A stretch of 64,000 nt of DNA from positions 1-64,000 of IMG/VR virus record IMGVR_UViG_3300045988_070924; one strand, 5' to 3'. The notes beneath the pieces were generated by a model. The model ran no database searches and was not told the origin of the DNA. It was given only the letters and a program-made list of their open reading frames with translations. A program made the position numbers and the translations under genes. Each line of letters starts with the position of its first letter. Position 1 is the stretch's first letter. Source of the DNA: a virus. Of this stretch, positions 40,465-50,869 are shown one piece after another.

Positions 40465-40854
40465 ATGTATGCAGGAAAAACAACTCAACAAGCTCTTGAT
40501 GCCCTCAATGAATATTTCACTAATCTTAGTCAAACAGGCTATTTAAGATATGATACAGTTGTAAAAATATTAGGATTATTATTAGTAGATTCTTTTCTTA
40601 ATACTGACCTAAATACCTATGTAACTGAGGAAGACTACAACATAATGGCAAAATTTTTATATTGTTTGTATGGAAGTAATTGCCTTATGCCTTATCTTCA
40701 ATTCTATAAAGAAATACCTCAGTTAGGCACTATTCTTCCAAAGCCTGGAGGAATGCAACCTTATAGAGGAACAGAGGAAGATATATTAAGATTTACTGAA
40801 CAAGATTTTAGGGTGAGAGCTACTGAATATAAAACAGATTTTTGGGATAATTAA
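40465..40854 (+). CDS. virion structural protein
   Basis: 129-aa ORF. Confidence 0.45.
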   Translation: MYAGKTTQQALDALNEYFTNLSQTGYLRYDTVVKILGLLLVDSFLNTDLNTYVTEEDYNIMAKFLYCLYGSNCLMPYLQFYKEIPQLGTILPKPGGMQPYRGTEEDILRFTEQDFRVRATEYKTDFWDN

Positions 40855-40877
40855 GTTTACATAATATAACAAAATTG

Positions 40878-40931
40878 ATTAGACTATTGCATGAATGACT
40901 ATTTTTTCTTACATTTGTGCAATAGTCTAAT
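40878..40931. repeat. 14-bp perfect inverted repeat enclosing a promoter -7 box
   Basis: ATTAGACTATTGCA (40878-40891) and TGCAATAGTCTAAT (40918-40931). TACATTTG (40910-40917) lies in the 26-nt loop. Confidence 0.6.
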
Positions 40932-40952
40932 TTAGTTAATATAAGTAGAATT

Positions 40953-41681
40953 ATGGCAACATATAGAGAAGTGGTATATATGGCTTTAGATGAGTTAAAA
41001 CTTATCTCAAATGATGCCACTTATACACCAGAACATCTCATCTTTCTTGCAGATAACTATAGGGCACTCCTTCTTGACAGGAGGTATAGGGATGCAAGAA
41101 AAGGAGAGGTTTCAAGAAGTAATTATCAAGAGATATGCTTTGACCTTATAGAAGTTCCAGCTATTCCTGGAACAAGCTGCTATGGAGTATATCTCAGGAG
41201 TACTGAGAAAGTTCCATCATTAATGAGTGTTGGTATTAAACATATATATCCAGTAGATTACTTTAGCTCAGAACATATATCCTATATACCTCTTGAGAGA
41301 ATGCCTTATGTGGGAAACAACAAATGGCTTTCTAATATGATATATGTTACTAAAGGACCTGATGATTACCTGTATTTGAAATCAGCTAATCCTCAATTCT
41401 TATATCTCAAGAAACTTAGAGTAGATGCAGTTTTTCAGGATTCTCAGAAAGCAGCTAGTATGTCTTGTAGTGCTGAATCTGGTGCTAATTGTGATATACT
41501 TGATTCTGAGTTTCCTCTTGAAGATACTCTCATATCACCTCTTGTACAGCTTATGGTACAGGAATTAAGTGGAGCTAGATATTTGCCTACAGATAAGCAA
41601 AATAATGCTTCAGATGATATGAGTGGAATGATGGGAGTTAATCCTAGAACCACTAAATCTACTAAAACAGAGGAAGACTAA
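40953..41681 (+). CDS. virion structural protein
   Basis: 242-aa ORF. Confidence 0.45.
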   Translation: MATYREVVYMALDELKLISNDATYTPEHLIFLADNYRALLLDRRYRDARKGEVSRSNYQEICFDLIEVPAIPGTSCYGVYLRSTEKVPSLMSVGIKHIYPVDYFSSEHISYIPLERMPYVGNNKWLSNMIYVTKGPDDYLYLKSANPQFLYLKKLRVDAVFQDSQKAASMSCSAESGANCDILDSEFPLEDTLISPLVQLMVQELSGARYLPTDKQNNASDDMSGMMGVNPRTTKSTKTEED

Positions 41682-42238
41682 TGGGAATAAGGGAGTTTAT
41701 GTCTTCTGCTAAGAAGGCTAAAGGAAAAAGAGTACACAAAGCCAGGAATTCCTGGGGAGTAAAAGATGCCTTCCACTACTATAGAAAGACAAGACCAAAG
41801 GAGTCTGAATATGTACTTACTGAATGTGAGTTCCTAAGTATCATAAGAAAGACCAATGATATCCTAAGGCAGCTTATTATACAGGGAGAAGAGATTGTAT
41901 TGCCTGAGAAGATGGGAAAATTGGAGCTCAGGAAGAGACCAACTATAGTAGAATTTAAGGAAGGTAAACTTAGGACCAATCTTCCAGTAGATTGGGACTC
42001 TACTCTAAAACTGTGGTATGAGGATGAACAGTCTTATAAGGATAAGAGGCTTGTAAGACAGGAAACTAAAGAAGTATTCAAAGTCTTCTATAATAAATAT
42101 AGAGCAGACTACCAAAATAAATCTTTCTATCAATTCCATATCAACAGGGAAATTAAGAAAGGACTTAAGCATAAAATAAAAAATGGGGAAATAGATTCCC
42201 TTATGTTATATAGAATTAGGCATGGAGAAGACAACTAA
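41681..42238 (+). CDS. basic protein with an HU/IHF-like segment (tentative)
   Basis: LTECEFLSIIRKTNDILRQLIIQGEEIVLPEKMGKLELRKR resembles an HU/IHF arm region. Confidence 0.35.
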   Translation: MGIREFMSSAKKAKGKRVHKARNSWGVKDAFHYYRKTRPKESEYVLTECEFLSIIRKTNDILRQLIIQGEEIVLPEKMGKLELRKRPTIVEFKEGKLRTNLPVDWDSTLKLWYEDEQSYKDKRLVRQETKEVFKVFYNKYRADYQNKSFYQFHINREIKKGLKHKIKNGEIDSLMLYRIRHGEDN

Positions 42239-42947
42239 CATAAGAAGGGTTGCTGACAGAATAATGAGACATCCTCTTCTCAGAGATGTGCCCTTTGAAA
42301 CTATTCTTGATTACACTGTAGATTTTTTACAGATAGTAGGAGTCCCTTCTCTCTTTGAAGAGAAGACTGCTTTACTTCATGTAGAGGATTACAGATGTAT
42401 GCTGCCTTGTGATTATGTATCTATGATACAGGTAAGGACAGCCAAGAAAGTTGATGGCATAGAACCTAACCATAGGTCTCATATATCCTATAGGTATTCT
42501 ACTGACTCATTTCATATGAGTACTGAGAAACCTGATGTAGGAAGATATGGGACTGACCTTACATATAAGATTCAAGGATGTGTTATATATACCTCAACCA
42601 AGGATACAGATATAGAGATAGCCTATAATGCCATAGCAACTGATGGTGAAGGTTATCCTTTATTACCTGACAATCCTTCCTTCCTCAGAGCTCTTGAAGC
42701 TTATATCAAGAAACAGCAGTTCACTATACTGTTTGATTTAGGGAAACTACAGCCTGCCATTCTACAGAATGCCCAGCAGGAATATGCATTTTATGTTGGA
42801 GACTGTGAAACTGAATTTAACAGACTTTCTCTTGATAAGGCTGAGTCTCTGTTTAACTCTTGGAGAACTCTCCTTATAAGGGATAGTGAGCATAGGCATG
42901 GCTTTGTTAATAATGGAGCCAAAGAATATTTAACCATTCAGCCATAA
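42222..42947 (+). CDS. virion structural protein
   Basis: 241-aa ORF. Confidence 0.45.
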   Translation: MEKTTNIRRVADRIMRHPLLRDVPFETILDYTVDFLQIVGVPSLFEEKTALLHVEDYRCMLPCDYVSMIQVRTAKKVDGIEPNHRSHISYRYSTDSFHMSTEKPDVGRYGTDLTYKIQGCVIYTSTKDTDIEIAYNAIATDGEGYPLLPDNPSFLRALEAYIKKQQFTILFDLGKLQPAILQNAQQEYAFYVGDCETEFNRLSLDKAESLFNSWRTLLIRDSEHRHGFVNNGAKEYLTIQP

Positions 42948-42948
42948 T

Positions 42949-45900
42949 ATGGAACAGAAGATTGCATCATTTCAAAATAAAGGAATGACAAGAGACCTCT
43001 CAATAAGTAAAGTAAATAATGAGTTTGCTTATGAGAACTTTAATGTCAGAATAATAGCTAGAGACCATGATACTCTTCTTTCTGTCACAAATGAAAGAGG
43101 GAATAAAGAGATAGAACTTAAGGGGCAGCCTTTTACTAAAGGCACTCCTTATGTAATAAAGTATTATGCTGATGGAGATTTTGAAGTTGATTCTAAAATT
43201 ACAAGCTATACTAATTCATTAACCCTTCTTTGGAAACTTAAGTCAGGTGAAACTGGAAGTATGACTTATGCTTACAGCGCTAATAAATGGAAGTTCAAAG
43301 ATGGGGATTCTATAATTAGTCCTATTTCAGAAGTAGAGTATTTAAAAGCAGAGCTGGGATATGTATTGGAAGATTATACTTATCACCCTATAAATATTAT
43401 TTATCATGATAGTAATGATGATGAATTTTTATATGAAAGTGAAGATTTTCCAACAGCAGCTCCTCCAATAACTTTAAAGGGGATTCTAATAGGGCACAGT
43501 GTATTAAATAATTATATGGTTCTATTTACTCATGAAGAGGATACTAAGATAGACCATATTTATAGAATAGAGTATGTTGATGAGGAGAATTGGAGAAGCT
43601 TATCACTGTTTGATGGAAATTTAGGATTTGATTCTAAACATCCAATAGAAACTCTTGCCAATTATGAAACAGAAGCTGTTCAAAAAGTTTATTGGGTAGA
43701 TGGAATTAACCAGCCAAGATTTATCAATATAAAGAAACTTGACTATAACAGTGATAATCCAAGTCAGTTTGATTTTGTAACAGAATTTAATCCTAGTCTT
43801 GGTGTTGAGATAACTAAAACATTTTTAGGAACTTCTTCATTCAGTAGTGGGACTATACAATACTTTTTCACTTATTCAAATAATTCTGGACAAGAAACTA
43901 ATATAGTTGGTAAAAGCAATATCTATAATCTCAGTGACCAAGAGAGGGCAACTCCAGCTGATTCCACAGCTTCTTGTGCTTTTAAAATAGACTTGACAGG
44001 TTTAGACAAGAGGTTTGATAATGTAAACATTTATTCTATTATTACTACCTCTACTTTATCTTGTAATAAAGTAGCAACTTTACCTATTACAGATGAAGTT
44101 TCTTATGTAGATACAGGTTCTTATACTATATCAATAGACCCAACTACTCTCCTTTATATAGGAGGAACAGAGATTCATGCAGAGACTCTTGCTCAAAAAG
44201 ACAATACTTTATTCTTAGGAAACATAGAACTTCAAACAGATGCAGTTGATACTGAACTTAAAAATCTTATAGATGCTACTATAGGAAAAGATTCAGATGG
44301 GAATTTTACTGGTGAAAGTTCCATGATTGAATTTGAATATTCTGATAAATATGTATTTCAGAATAACAGCTTAGGGACTGTATATTATGAAGACCAACAA
44401 CTTAATTTAGGTTCTGATAAATATCTGTTCTTTAAGGGTGGAGAAAAATATAGATTTGGACTAGTTTTCTTAACAGGCACAGGAAGAAGAAGTTCAGTAT
44501 ACTGGATAGGAGATAAGGTTAATACTTTGTATCCAAAATCAAACTCTATCAGAACATATAAGGCAGTAGCTAAATGCACAATACCTCAAGAAGTAGCTTC
44601 TTATATTTCTAAAAATACCCCTTATAAAAGGGCTATTTTAGTAAGAGCACTTATGGCTGAATCTGATAGGTCTGTCATAGCTCAAGGTTTTGTTAATCCT
44701 ACTGTATTCAATGCAACTCAAAGAGTATTGAATTCCCCTTATGCAATGTCTTCTTGGTTTTTTAGACCTAAGAACAGCAATGTTATTACAAATACTCATT
44801 TCTCACAAATACCAGCAAACAAAAGTATTTCAGCAGAAATACAGAATGTCAATGGAGAATATGATGAACAAGGTAAAGAAATAACTAAACCACCTTATTT
44901 TACTAAGGATGAAATAGCTTTAAAGAAAAGACAAGTTTGGATTAGGTGGACTGTCAAGGCTTATTATAAAGACAATAAAGGAGGATTTTATGGAGTAACA
45001 GGTGCTGAAGCTAAAGCAGTGTTAGAGTTCTTCAATAATGAAGGAAAACAAGAAATAGACAATAATGATGGATTAATTCCAGAAGCAACTATAAATATCA
45101 GTTCTAAATGGAGAGAAGCTTATGCAACAGGAGGTTTTGATAAAGTATGGCAGGAGTTCGAGAGGTCTTATAGGAAAGATTTATATCCAAGATTATTAGC
45201 TCATTATCCAAAATATGCAAAATTTTTCCCATCAGAAGCTTCAGAAGAAATGAAGAATGCTCTTTATGCAGATTGGAAAAATGCAGGAAAGGCAGCTTAT
45301 CATAAGAGAACCTCTGCTCCTCTACAAAGAAGAAAAATAAAGATAGGAGGAGTATTAGCAAATAATGGACTTTTATATAGTAAGACTTTAGGTAATAGAT
45401 TTTATATAGATGAGTCTATAATAACTCTTAATTCTCCTGATATAGAGTTTGGAGAATATCAAACTCTTCCTGATAATTTTAAATTTAGAATTATAGGTTA
45501 TTCCCCACTTACAGCAGGAGCTACTAATTTCTATATGAATCCTGAAAAGGATAATTCAAATAGTAGTTTCTTGCCAGATAATTTAAATAAAGAGAATATT
45601 TCTCAATATCCAGAACAGGCTCCTACTTTACCATTTTTTAGTGGAGATACTATTATAGAAAAAGACAAAAGTTCTGTGGTAGCTCCTTATATAATATACC
45701 CTTGGCATAAAACAGGTGCCTTATATAAGAAAGATGATGTTGAGGAATATGTAGTTAAAGATAAAATACTTGCTAATCTTAAATATAGTTTATTTACTAA
45801 TTATTGCTGGCTCAATAAATATAGAACAGATTTAGATATAACTAAGACTGGAGATTATAATTATTATATGAAGATGGCTTGGGAGCCTAAAGGAGGAATC

Positions 45901-48633
45901 AGTAATATAAATATAGCTGATGAATCTATAGACAATGTATTCTTAAATATTAGGGATGAAAGGCTTTACTATAATAATTATGATTTTGTTTTAAGTGTTA
46001 GTTCTGATGATACATCTTCAGAAAAATATAAAGAGTATACTACTGGAGATAAGCAATATACAGAAGGATTAGACTTTTTATCAGATACTGCTAATTGGGA
46101 AGCTGTTGTTACAAACTCTACAGCACCAGTAAATGTAGCAGCAAAGAGTAAAAAGAACTGTATTCTGTCTTTTAATCCTGTAGGAGATGAAACAATTATA
46201 TTACCTTCAGTAAATGCAGATACTCCTGATATTAATTTATCTAATTATTATCTTCCTTGGGAAACTTATGTTGATGAATCACCAATAAATGACACTCTTA
46301 TAACTGGGGATTATCCTTATTATATTCCAGATAGATTATTGAATTCTGATTCTGTTTATATAATAGAGCTTGATAATACTTCTACGGTAGATGCTTATAA
46401 TTCTTTTGATAAGGATTTTAAAAATGCTAAAAATGCTTATTCAAATAAATTAGCTATTGCTTTTATTAAAGAAATATCAGGTAGTGCTGTTACTTATCTA
46501 GGAGAAGATGTAGAATATAAAAAGAATGTTTATCCTGGTTTCAAAATAACAGTAGTACCAATCAAAGAATCTGGAATTACCAGTAAATATAATATTACTA
46601 TAACTGAAGGAAATGAGACCGGAACTTATAAACTAATATACATAAATTCTGAAGGAGTAGAAGAAAAGAGTATAGAAATTATTAATTCCATAGTAGTTAC
46701 AAAAGAAGAAGCTAATAATTATTCTTTCAAAGTAAAAGCTACCTACACTCCTTTATTTCCAGGATATTCCTCTACAAGGGAAAATATGCAAATATTTGAC
46801 CTTAAAGCACCTATATTTGCTGGTTCTTCCGTAACTTTAATAGTTAATGATATAAATAAAGGGGTATGTATAAAAACGGATACTGGATTAAATCCTGAAC
46901 TTGAAGTTATATACTTAAAAGATTATAAAGGAACGTCTTATAAATATACTAGAAAAATAAATACTTTGACTGAGGTAGTTTTAAATAATATTATAATAAA
47001 ACCAGACAATTTATCCATTCCTCTAGATACTTATGAATCAGGTAAAATAGATACAGATACTTTTGATACTTCTTTGCTTTTTGTAGGAGAACTTTATAGA
47101 GATATTGAAGATTATTCAAAGAAGGATTATAGATATGGGGGAGTAGCAGAAGATGCTCTAAAAAAGAATACTTTTGTGGATTGTGGTGCTGTTACTGACA
47201 TTACTAAGTCTAATATTCTTTATGGAGTAGAAGGTGACTCTTATTATCAGAGATATGATGTCCTCAAAACTATACCATATTCAAAAGGTAAAGACAACAG
47301 TATTATTGAAATCTTTTCTGGAATGATTGAAAGTAGAATCAATCTTAATGGAAAGACTGATAAGAATATGTCTACTTCTGATTATACTCTTATAAACACA
47401 GAAACCTTTAATAGTATTAATAAAGCTTATACCAGACAGGATTCATTCAATACATCTGTTGTACTTGGCAGCTCTGATACTACTACTTCTTATCCTACTC
47501 AGTTTACTTGGACTAAAGAAAAAACTCCAGGAGAAGATATAGATACTTGGACTAATATTACTTTATCTGAAATTGAAACTCTTGATGGTGATAAGGGACC
47601 ACTTAGAGCTATAAGAAGGTTCCAGAACTCACTTATAGCATTCCAGGATAAAGGTATTGCTGAGATACTCTTTAATTCAAGAACTCAGATTGGAACTCAG
47701 CAAGGAGTACCTATTGAGATTGCCAACTCAGGTAAGGTTGATGGAAAGAGATATATTACTGACAAGGCTGGATGTATCAACAAGTGGTCCATAGTTGAAA
47801 CCAAGAATGGTATGTACTTCATAGATAATATCAACAGTTCACTCAGTCTGTTCACAGGAACTGTGAAATCTCTCTCTGATGAGAAGGGGTTCAAGGATTG
47901 GGTAGGAAGAAACAACTCTACTGATTTATGGAATCCTGTGGACTTTAATAACTTTGTTGCTTACTGGGATAGGGTGAATGATGATGTCTACTTCCTTAGA
48001 GGGAATGAAGAGAAACAGCAGGATGTACTGTGCTATAATGAAATGCTTGGGCAATTTACATCATTCTTCAGCTATGGAGAAGTCCCAATGATGGTTAATG
48101 TTCAAGATAAATTTGTAGCATTCAGAGAGGATAACAAGGGAGTAAATAAATTGTGGCTACAGGGTGAAGGAGAGTTCAATAATCTGTTTGGAAGTCTGCA
48201 AGGCTATCATATGTTATACAGAATTACTCCTGACCCTTATGGAGACAAAACATTCAGTACTCTTGAATATAGAGCTGACATGTTTGATATGAGTGACCCA
48301 AATTATAATCCTTATATGCCTGGTGAGGGAAAACTTACAGGAGATACCTTTGATACTCTTGAAGTATGGAATGAATATCAGGGAAACAAGATTTCTGTAG
48401 GTGACTCTACTTCTCCTCTATATCCTTTTAGGGCAAGAGATAAATATCCTGATGTAAGAAGAAAGTTCAGAATATGGAGAATGGATATTCCAAGAGATAA
48501 GAAGGGTCCTGATAATCCTTATGGATTGAATAGAATAAGAAACCCTTGGATATATCTTAAACTATCTAAGACTCCAACTCTTTCTAATGAAAGAATGGAG
48601 TTCCATGATTTGGCAGTAAGATATTTTGAATAG
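42949..48633 (+). CDS. giant tail-complex structural protein
   Basis: Uninterrupted 1894-aa ORF in the tail module. Confidence 0.5.
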   Translation: MEQKIASFQNKGMTRDLSISKVNNEFAYENFNVRIIARDHDTLLSVTNERGNKEIELKGQPFTKGTPYVIKYYADGDFEVDSKITSYTNSLTLLWKLKSGETGSMTYAYSANKWKFKDGDSIISPISEVEYLKAELGYVLEDYTYHPINIIYHDSNDDEFLYESEDFPTAAPPITLKGILIGHSVLNNYMVLFTHEEDTKIDHIYRIEYVDEENWRSLSLFDGNLGFDSKHPIETLANYETEAVQKVYWVDGINQPRFINIKKLDYNSDNPSQFDFVTEFNPSLGVEITKTFLGTSSFSSGTIQYFFTYSNNSGQETNIVGKSNIYNLSDQERATPADSTASCAFKIDLTGLDKRFDNVNIYSIITTSTLSCNKVATLPITDEVSYVDTGSYTISIDPTTLLYIGGTEIHAETLAQKDNTLFLGNIELQTDAVDTELKNLIDATIGKDSDGNFTGESSMIEFEYSDKYVFQNNSLGTVYYEDQQLNLGSDKYLFFKGGEKYRFGLVFLTGTGRRSSVYWIGDKVNTLYPKSNSIRTYKAVAKCTIPQEVASYISKNTPYKRAILVRALMAESDRSVIAQGFVNPTVFNATQRVLNSPYAMSSWFFRPKNSNVITNTHFSQIPANKSISAEIQNVNGEYDEQGKEITKPPYFTKDEIALKKRQVWIRWTVKAYYKDNKGGFYGVTGAEAKAVLEFFNNEGKQEIDNNDGLIPEATINISSKWREAYATGGFDKVWQEFERSYRKDLYPRLLAHYPKYAKFFPSEASEEMKNALYADWKNAGKAAYHKRTSAPLQRRKIKIGGVLANNGLLYSKTLGNRFYIDESIITLNSPDIEFGEYQTLPDNFKFRIIGYSPLTAGATNFYMNPEKDNSNSSFLPDNLNKENISQYPEQAPTLPFFSGDTIIEKDKSSVVAPYIIYPWHKTGALYKKDDVEEYVVKDKILANLKYSLFTNYCWLNKYRTDLDITKTGDYNYYMKMAWEPKGGISNINIADESIDNVFLNIRDERLYYNNYDFVLSVSSDDTSSEKYKEYTTGDKQYTEGLDFLSDTANWEAVVTNSTAPVNVAAKSKKNCILSFNPVGDETIILPSVNADTPDINLSNYYLPWETYVDESPINDTLITGDYPYYIPDRLLNSDSVYIIELDNTSTVDAYNSFDKDFKNAKNAYSNKLAIAFIKEISGSAVTYLGEDVEYKKNVYPGFKITVVPIKESGITSKYNITITEGNETGTYKLIYINSEGVEEKSIEIINSIVVTKEEANNYSFKVKATYTPLFPGYSSTRENMQIFDLKAPIFAGSSVTLIVNDINKGVCIKTDTGLNPELEVIYLKDYKGTSYKYTRKINTLTEVVLNNIIIKPDNLSIPLDTYESGKIDTDTFDTSLLFVGELYRDIEDYSKKDYRYGGVAEDALKKNTFVDCGAVTDITKSNILYGVEGDSYYQRYDVLKTIPYSKGKDNSIIEIFSGMIESRINLNGKTDKNMSTSDYTLINTETFNSINKAYTRQDSFNTSVVLGSSDTTTSYPTQFTWTKEKTPGEDIDTWTNITLSEIETLDGDKGPLRAIRRFQNSLIAFQDKGIAEILFNSRTQIGTQQGVPIEIANSGKVDGKRYITDKAGCINKWSIVETKNGMYFIDNINSSLSLFTGTVKSLSDEKGFKDWVGRNNSTDLWNPVDFNNFVAYWDRVNDDVYFLRGNEEKQQDVLCYNEMLGQFTSFFSYGEVPMMVNVQDKFVAFREDNKGVNKLWLQGEGEFNNLFGSLQGYHMLYRITPDPYGDKTFSTLEYRADMFDMSDPNYNPYMPGEGKLTGDTFDTLEVWNEYQGNKISVGDSTSPLYPFRARDKYPDVRRKFRIWRMDIPRDKKGPDNPYGLNRIRNPWIYLKLSKTPTLSNERMEFHDLAVRYFE

Positions 48634-48636
48634 TTA

Positions 48637-48680
48637 AAAGAGTAGTAAGTAAATCACTTACTACTCTTTTATTATTTTAT
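48637..48680 (+). terminator. intrinsic terminator
   Basis: AAAGAGTAGTAAGT-AAATC-ACTTACTACTCTTT followed by a T-rich run. Confidence 0.7.
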
Positions 48681-48711
48681 ATACCTTATTGTTTAAGTCA
48701 ATTAATTTTAC

Positions 48712-48719
48712 TACCTTTG
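48712..48719 (+). promoter_or_regulatory. -7 box of a Bacteroidota-type promoter
   Basis: TACCTTTG, 17 nt upstream of the ATG at 48737. ATTG lies 20 nt upstream of the box. Confidence 0.5.
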
Positions 48720-48736
48720 CAACAAATAATTATGTT

Positions 48737-50869
48737 ATGGCTAAATGTAATATTAAAAGAAGACATAGTAAAACACTTGACTTATCTCTACAAAGAAGAA
48801 ATAAGCCAACTGTTGGTAACATATTTGATGGAGAACATAATTTTGGAGCTACCATTCAACCAATCAATAACTTTGTAAGTAACTTTGGAGATATAAGGAA
48901 ACTTACTCCAAAACAAGCAAAGCAAGCTGGAATCACTCCTACTAGTACCCTTACTGCTCCTAGTTCACCTAGTTCAGGGTCTGGATTTGATGTCTCTAAT
49001 TTTATGGGACAAGCAGGAAATGTAGTTGGAGGAATAACTTCAATTATAGATTCTTCATTAAAGAATGCTCAAATTGCAGATACTACTGGAATAGAAAATA
49101 ATATAAGAGATTTAAGAGATACTGATTTCTCAGAAGCTACTAACAGTGATTCTCTTATAGATGCCTACAATAATCTTAATTTTCTTAAAGATGATTATTC
49201 TTGGAGAGATGTAAGAGGAGTATCTAATGGAGAATTAGTTGGAAATACTTTATCAGCTGTAGGTTCTGGAGCTATGGCTGGAGCTTCTGTTGGAGGTCCT
49301 TATGGAGCTATAGCAGGAGCTGCTATAGGATTAGGAGGAAGTCTTGCAGGAATATTTACAGGTAAAAAGAAGGCAAAGAAAAAAGCTAGATTCCTTAATC
49401 AAGCAGCAGAAGCTGCCAATGATTTAGCAATAGATAATTATGATTTCCAAGTGAATGATGTTATGCAGAATAATGCTAGAAATGCTATGCAATATGCTTA
49501 TGCTGCTGAAGGAGGACCTATTAATATAAAAAAGAAGAATAGAGGAAAATTCACAGAGTCTGCTAGTAGAGCAGGTATGGGAGTACAAGAATATGCAAGA
49601 CATATATTAGCCAATAAAGATAAATATTCTTCTACTCTTGTAAAGAGAGCTAACTTTGCTAGAAATGCAGCTGGTTGGAAACATGCTTTAGGGGGATATA
49701 TAAAAGATAGAGATAATATGTATGATAGTTTGTTAGAATCTCAAACACATGGAGGAGACTTCAGTAATGGAGTTACCTTTATAAATAATGGGGGAACTCA
49801 TGAACAAAATCCTTTTGAAGGTGTTCCTATGGGAGTAGCTCCAGATGGGCAACCTAATTTAGTAGAAGAAGGAGAAGTTTTATATAATGATTATGTATTT
49901 TCTAATAGACTTCATCCTACTGATAAAGAGCTAAAGGAATCTAATCTTCCTAAAAAATATAAAGGACATACCTTTGCTCTTATTGCAGAAGATATGAGTA
50001 AAGAATCAGCAGAAAGACCTAATGACCCTATAAGTAAAAGGGGACTTGAAGCTTCGTTAGGTAAGTTAGCTTCAATTCAAGAAGAACAAAGAATGAAGAA
50101 AGGAAAAATAGGTACTCAACAAATGATGGCATTTGGAGGTAGAAAGTTTGCAGGAACTAAAGATACTTATTCAAGATATGCTCCAGCAGCAGGTTCTGCA
50201 ATAGGAGCAGTTCAAAGTGTATTCCAAAAACCTGATTATACTAATTCAGATTTAATTCTTGATGTTGTTAATAATTTATCAAGAAATAAAGTTTCTCCAA
50301 CATTGTTGGGCAATTATTTGAGGTATAATCCTATTAATAGAAATTATTATTTAAATCAACTTCAAGGACAAGCAGGAGCTACAAGAAGAGCAGTTATGAA
50401 TTCCGGGCTTAATTCTGGCCAAAGAATAGCTGGCTTACTTGCAGCAGACTACAATGCTCAACAAGGAATTGCAGATACTTTACTTAAAGCTGATATGTAT
50501 AATGAGCAACTTAGGCAAAATGCAGCACAGTTTAATAGAGGAACTGACCAATATAACTCTGGAGCACTTATGCAGGCTGCTGCACAAAATGCGCAATTAG
50601 CTCAAGCAAGAGATAATATGAGATTATCAGGAACAACTACAGCAGCTAATATGAGAGAATTGGCAGATACTGCATTAGCTACTTCAAGAAGTGCCAATCT
50701 TACAAACTTCTTTGATAACTTAGGTTCAATAGGAAGAGAAAATAGAGATGCTAATATGCTTCAAGCAATGATAGATTCTGATTTATTTGGAACTCTCAGT
50801 GAGCCTATGAAGAGAGGCTGGAATAAGAATGGAGGAATGCTAACTAAAAGAAGTAGGAGGAGAAAATAA
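48737..50869 (+). CDS. Gly/Ala-rich internal virion (cargo-like) protein
   Basis: ATG at 48737. Contains GSGAMAGASVGGPYGAIAGAAIGLGGSLAGIF, a basic tail and Gln/Asn-rich stretches. Confidence 0.45.
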   Translation: MAKCNIKRRHSKTLDLSLQRRNKPTVGNIFDGEHNFGATIQPINNFVSNFGDIRKLTPKQAKQAGITPTSTLTAPSSPSSGSGFDVSNFMGQAGNVVGGITSIIDSSLKNAQIADTTGIENNIRDLRDTDFSEATNSDSLIDAYNNLNFLKDDYSWRDVRGVSNGELVGNTLSAVGSGAMAGASVGGPYGAIAGAAIGLGGSLAGIFTGKKKAKKKARFLNQAAEAANDLAIDNYDFQVNDVMQNNARNAMQYAYAAEGGPINIKKKNRGKFTESASRAGMGVQEYARHILANKDKYSSTLVKRANFARNAAGWKHALGGYIKDRDNMYDSLLESQTHGGDFSNGVTFINNGGTHEQNPFEGVPMGVAPDGQPNLVEEGEVLYNDYVFSNRLHPTDKELKESNLPKKYKGHTFALIAEDMSKESAERPNDPISKRGLEASLGKLASIQEEQRMKKGKIGTQQMMAFGGRKFAGTKDTYSRYAPAAGSAIGAVQSVFQKPDYTNSDLILDVVNNLSRNKVSPTLLGNYLRYNPINRNYYLNQLQGQAGATRRAVMNSGLNSGQRIAGLLAADYNAQQGIADTLLKADMYNEQLRQNAAQFNRGTDQYNSGALMQAAAQNAQLAQARDNMRLSGTTTAANMRELADTALATSRSANLTNFFDNLGSIGRENRDANMLQAMIDSDLFGTLSEPMKRGWNKNGGMLTKRSRRRK

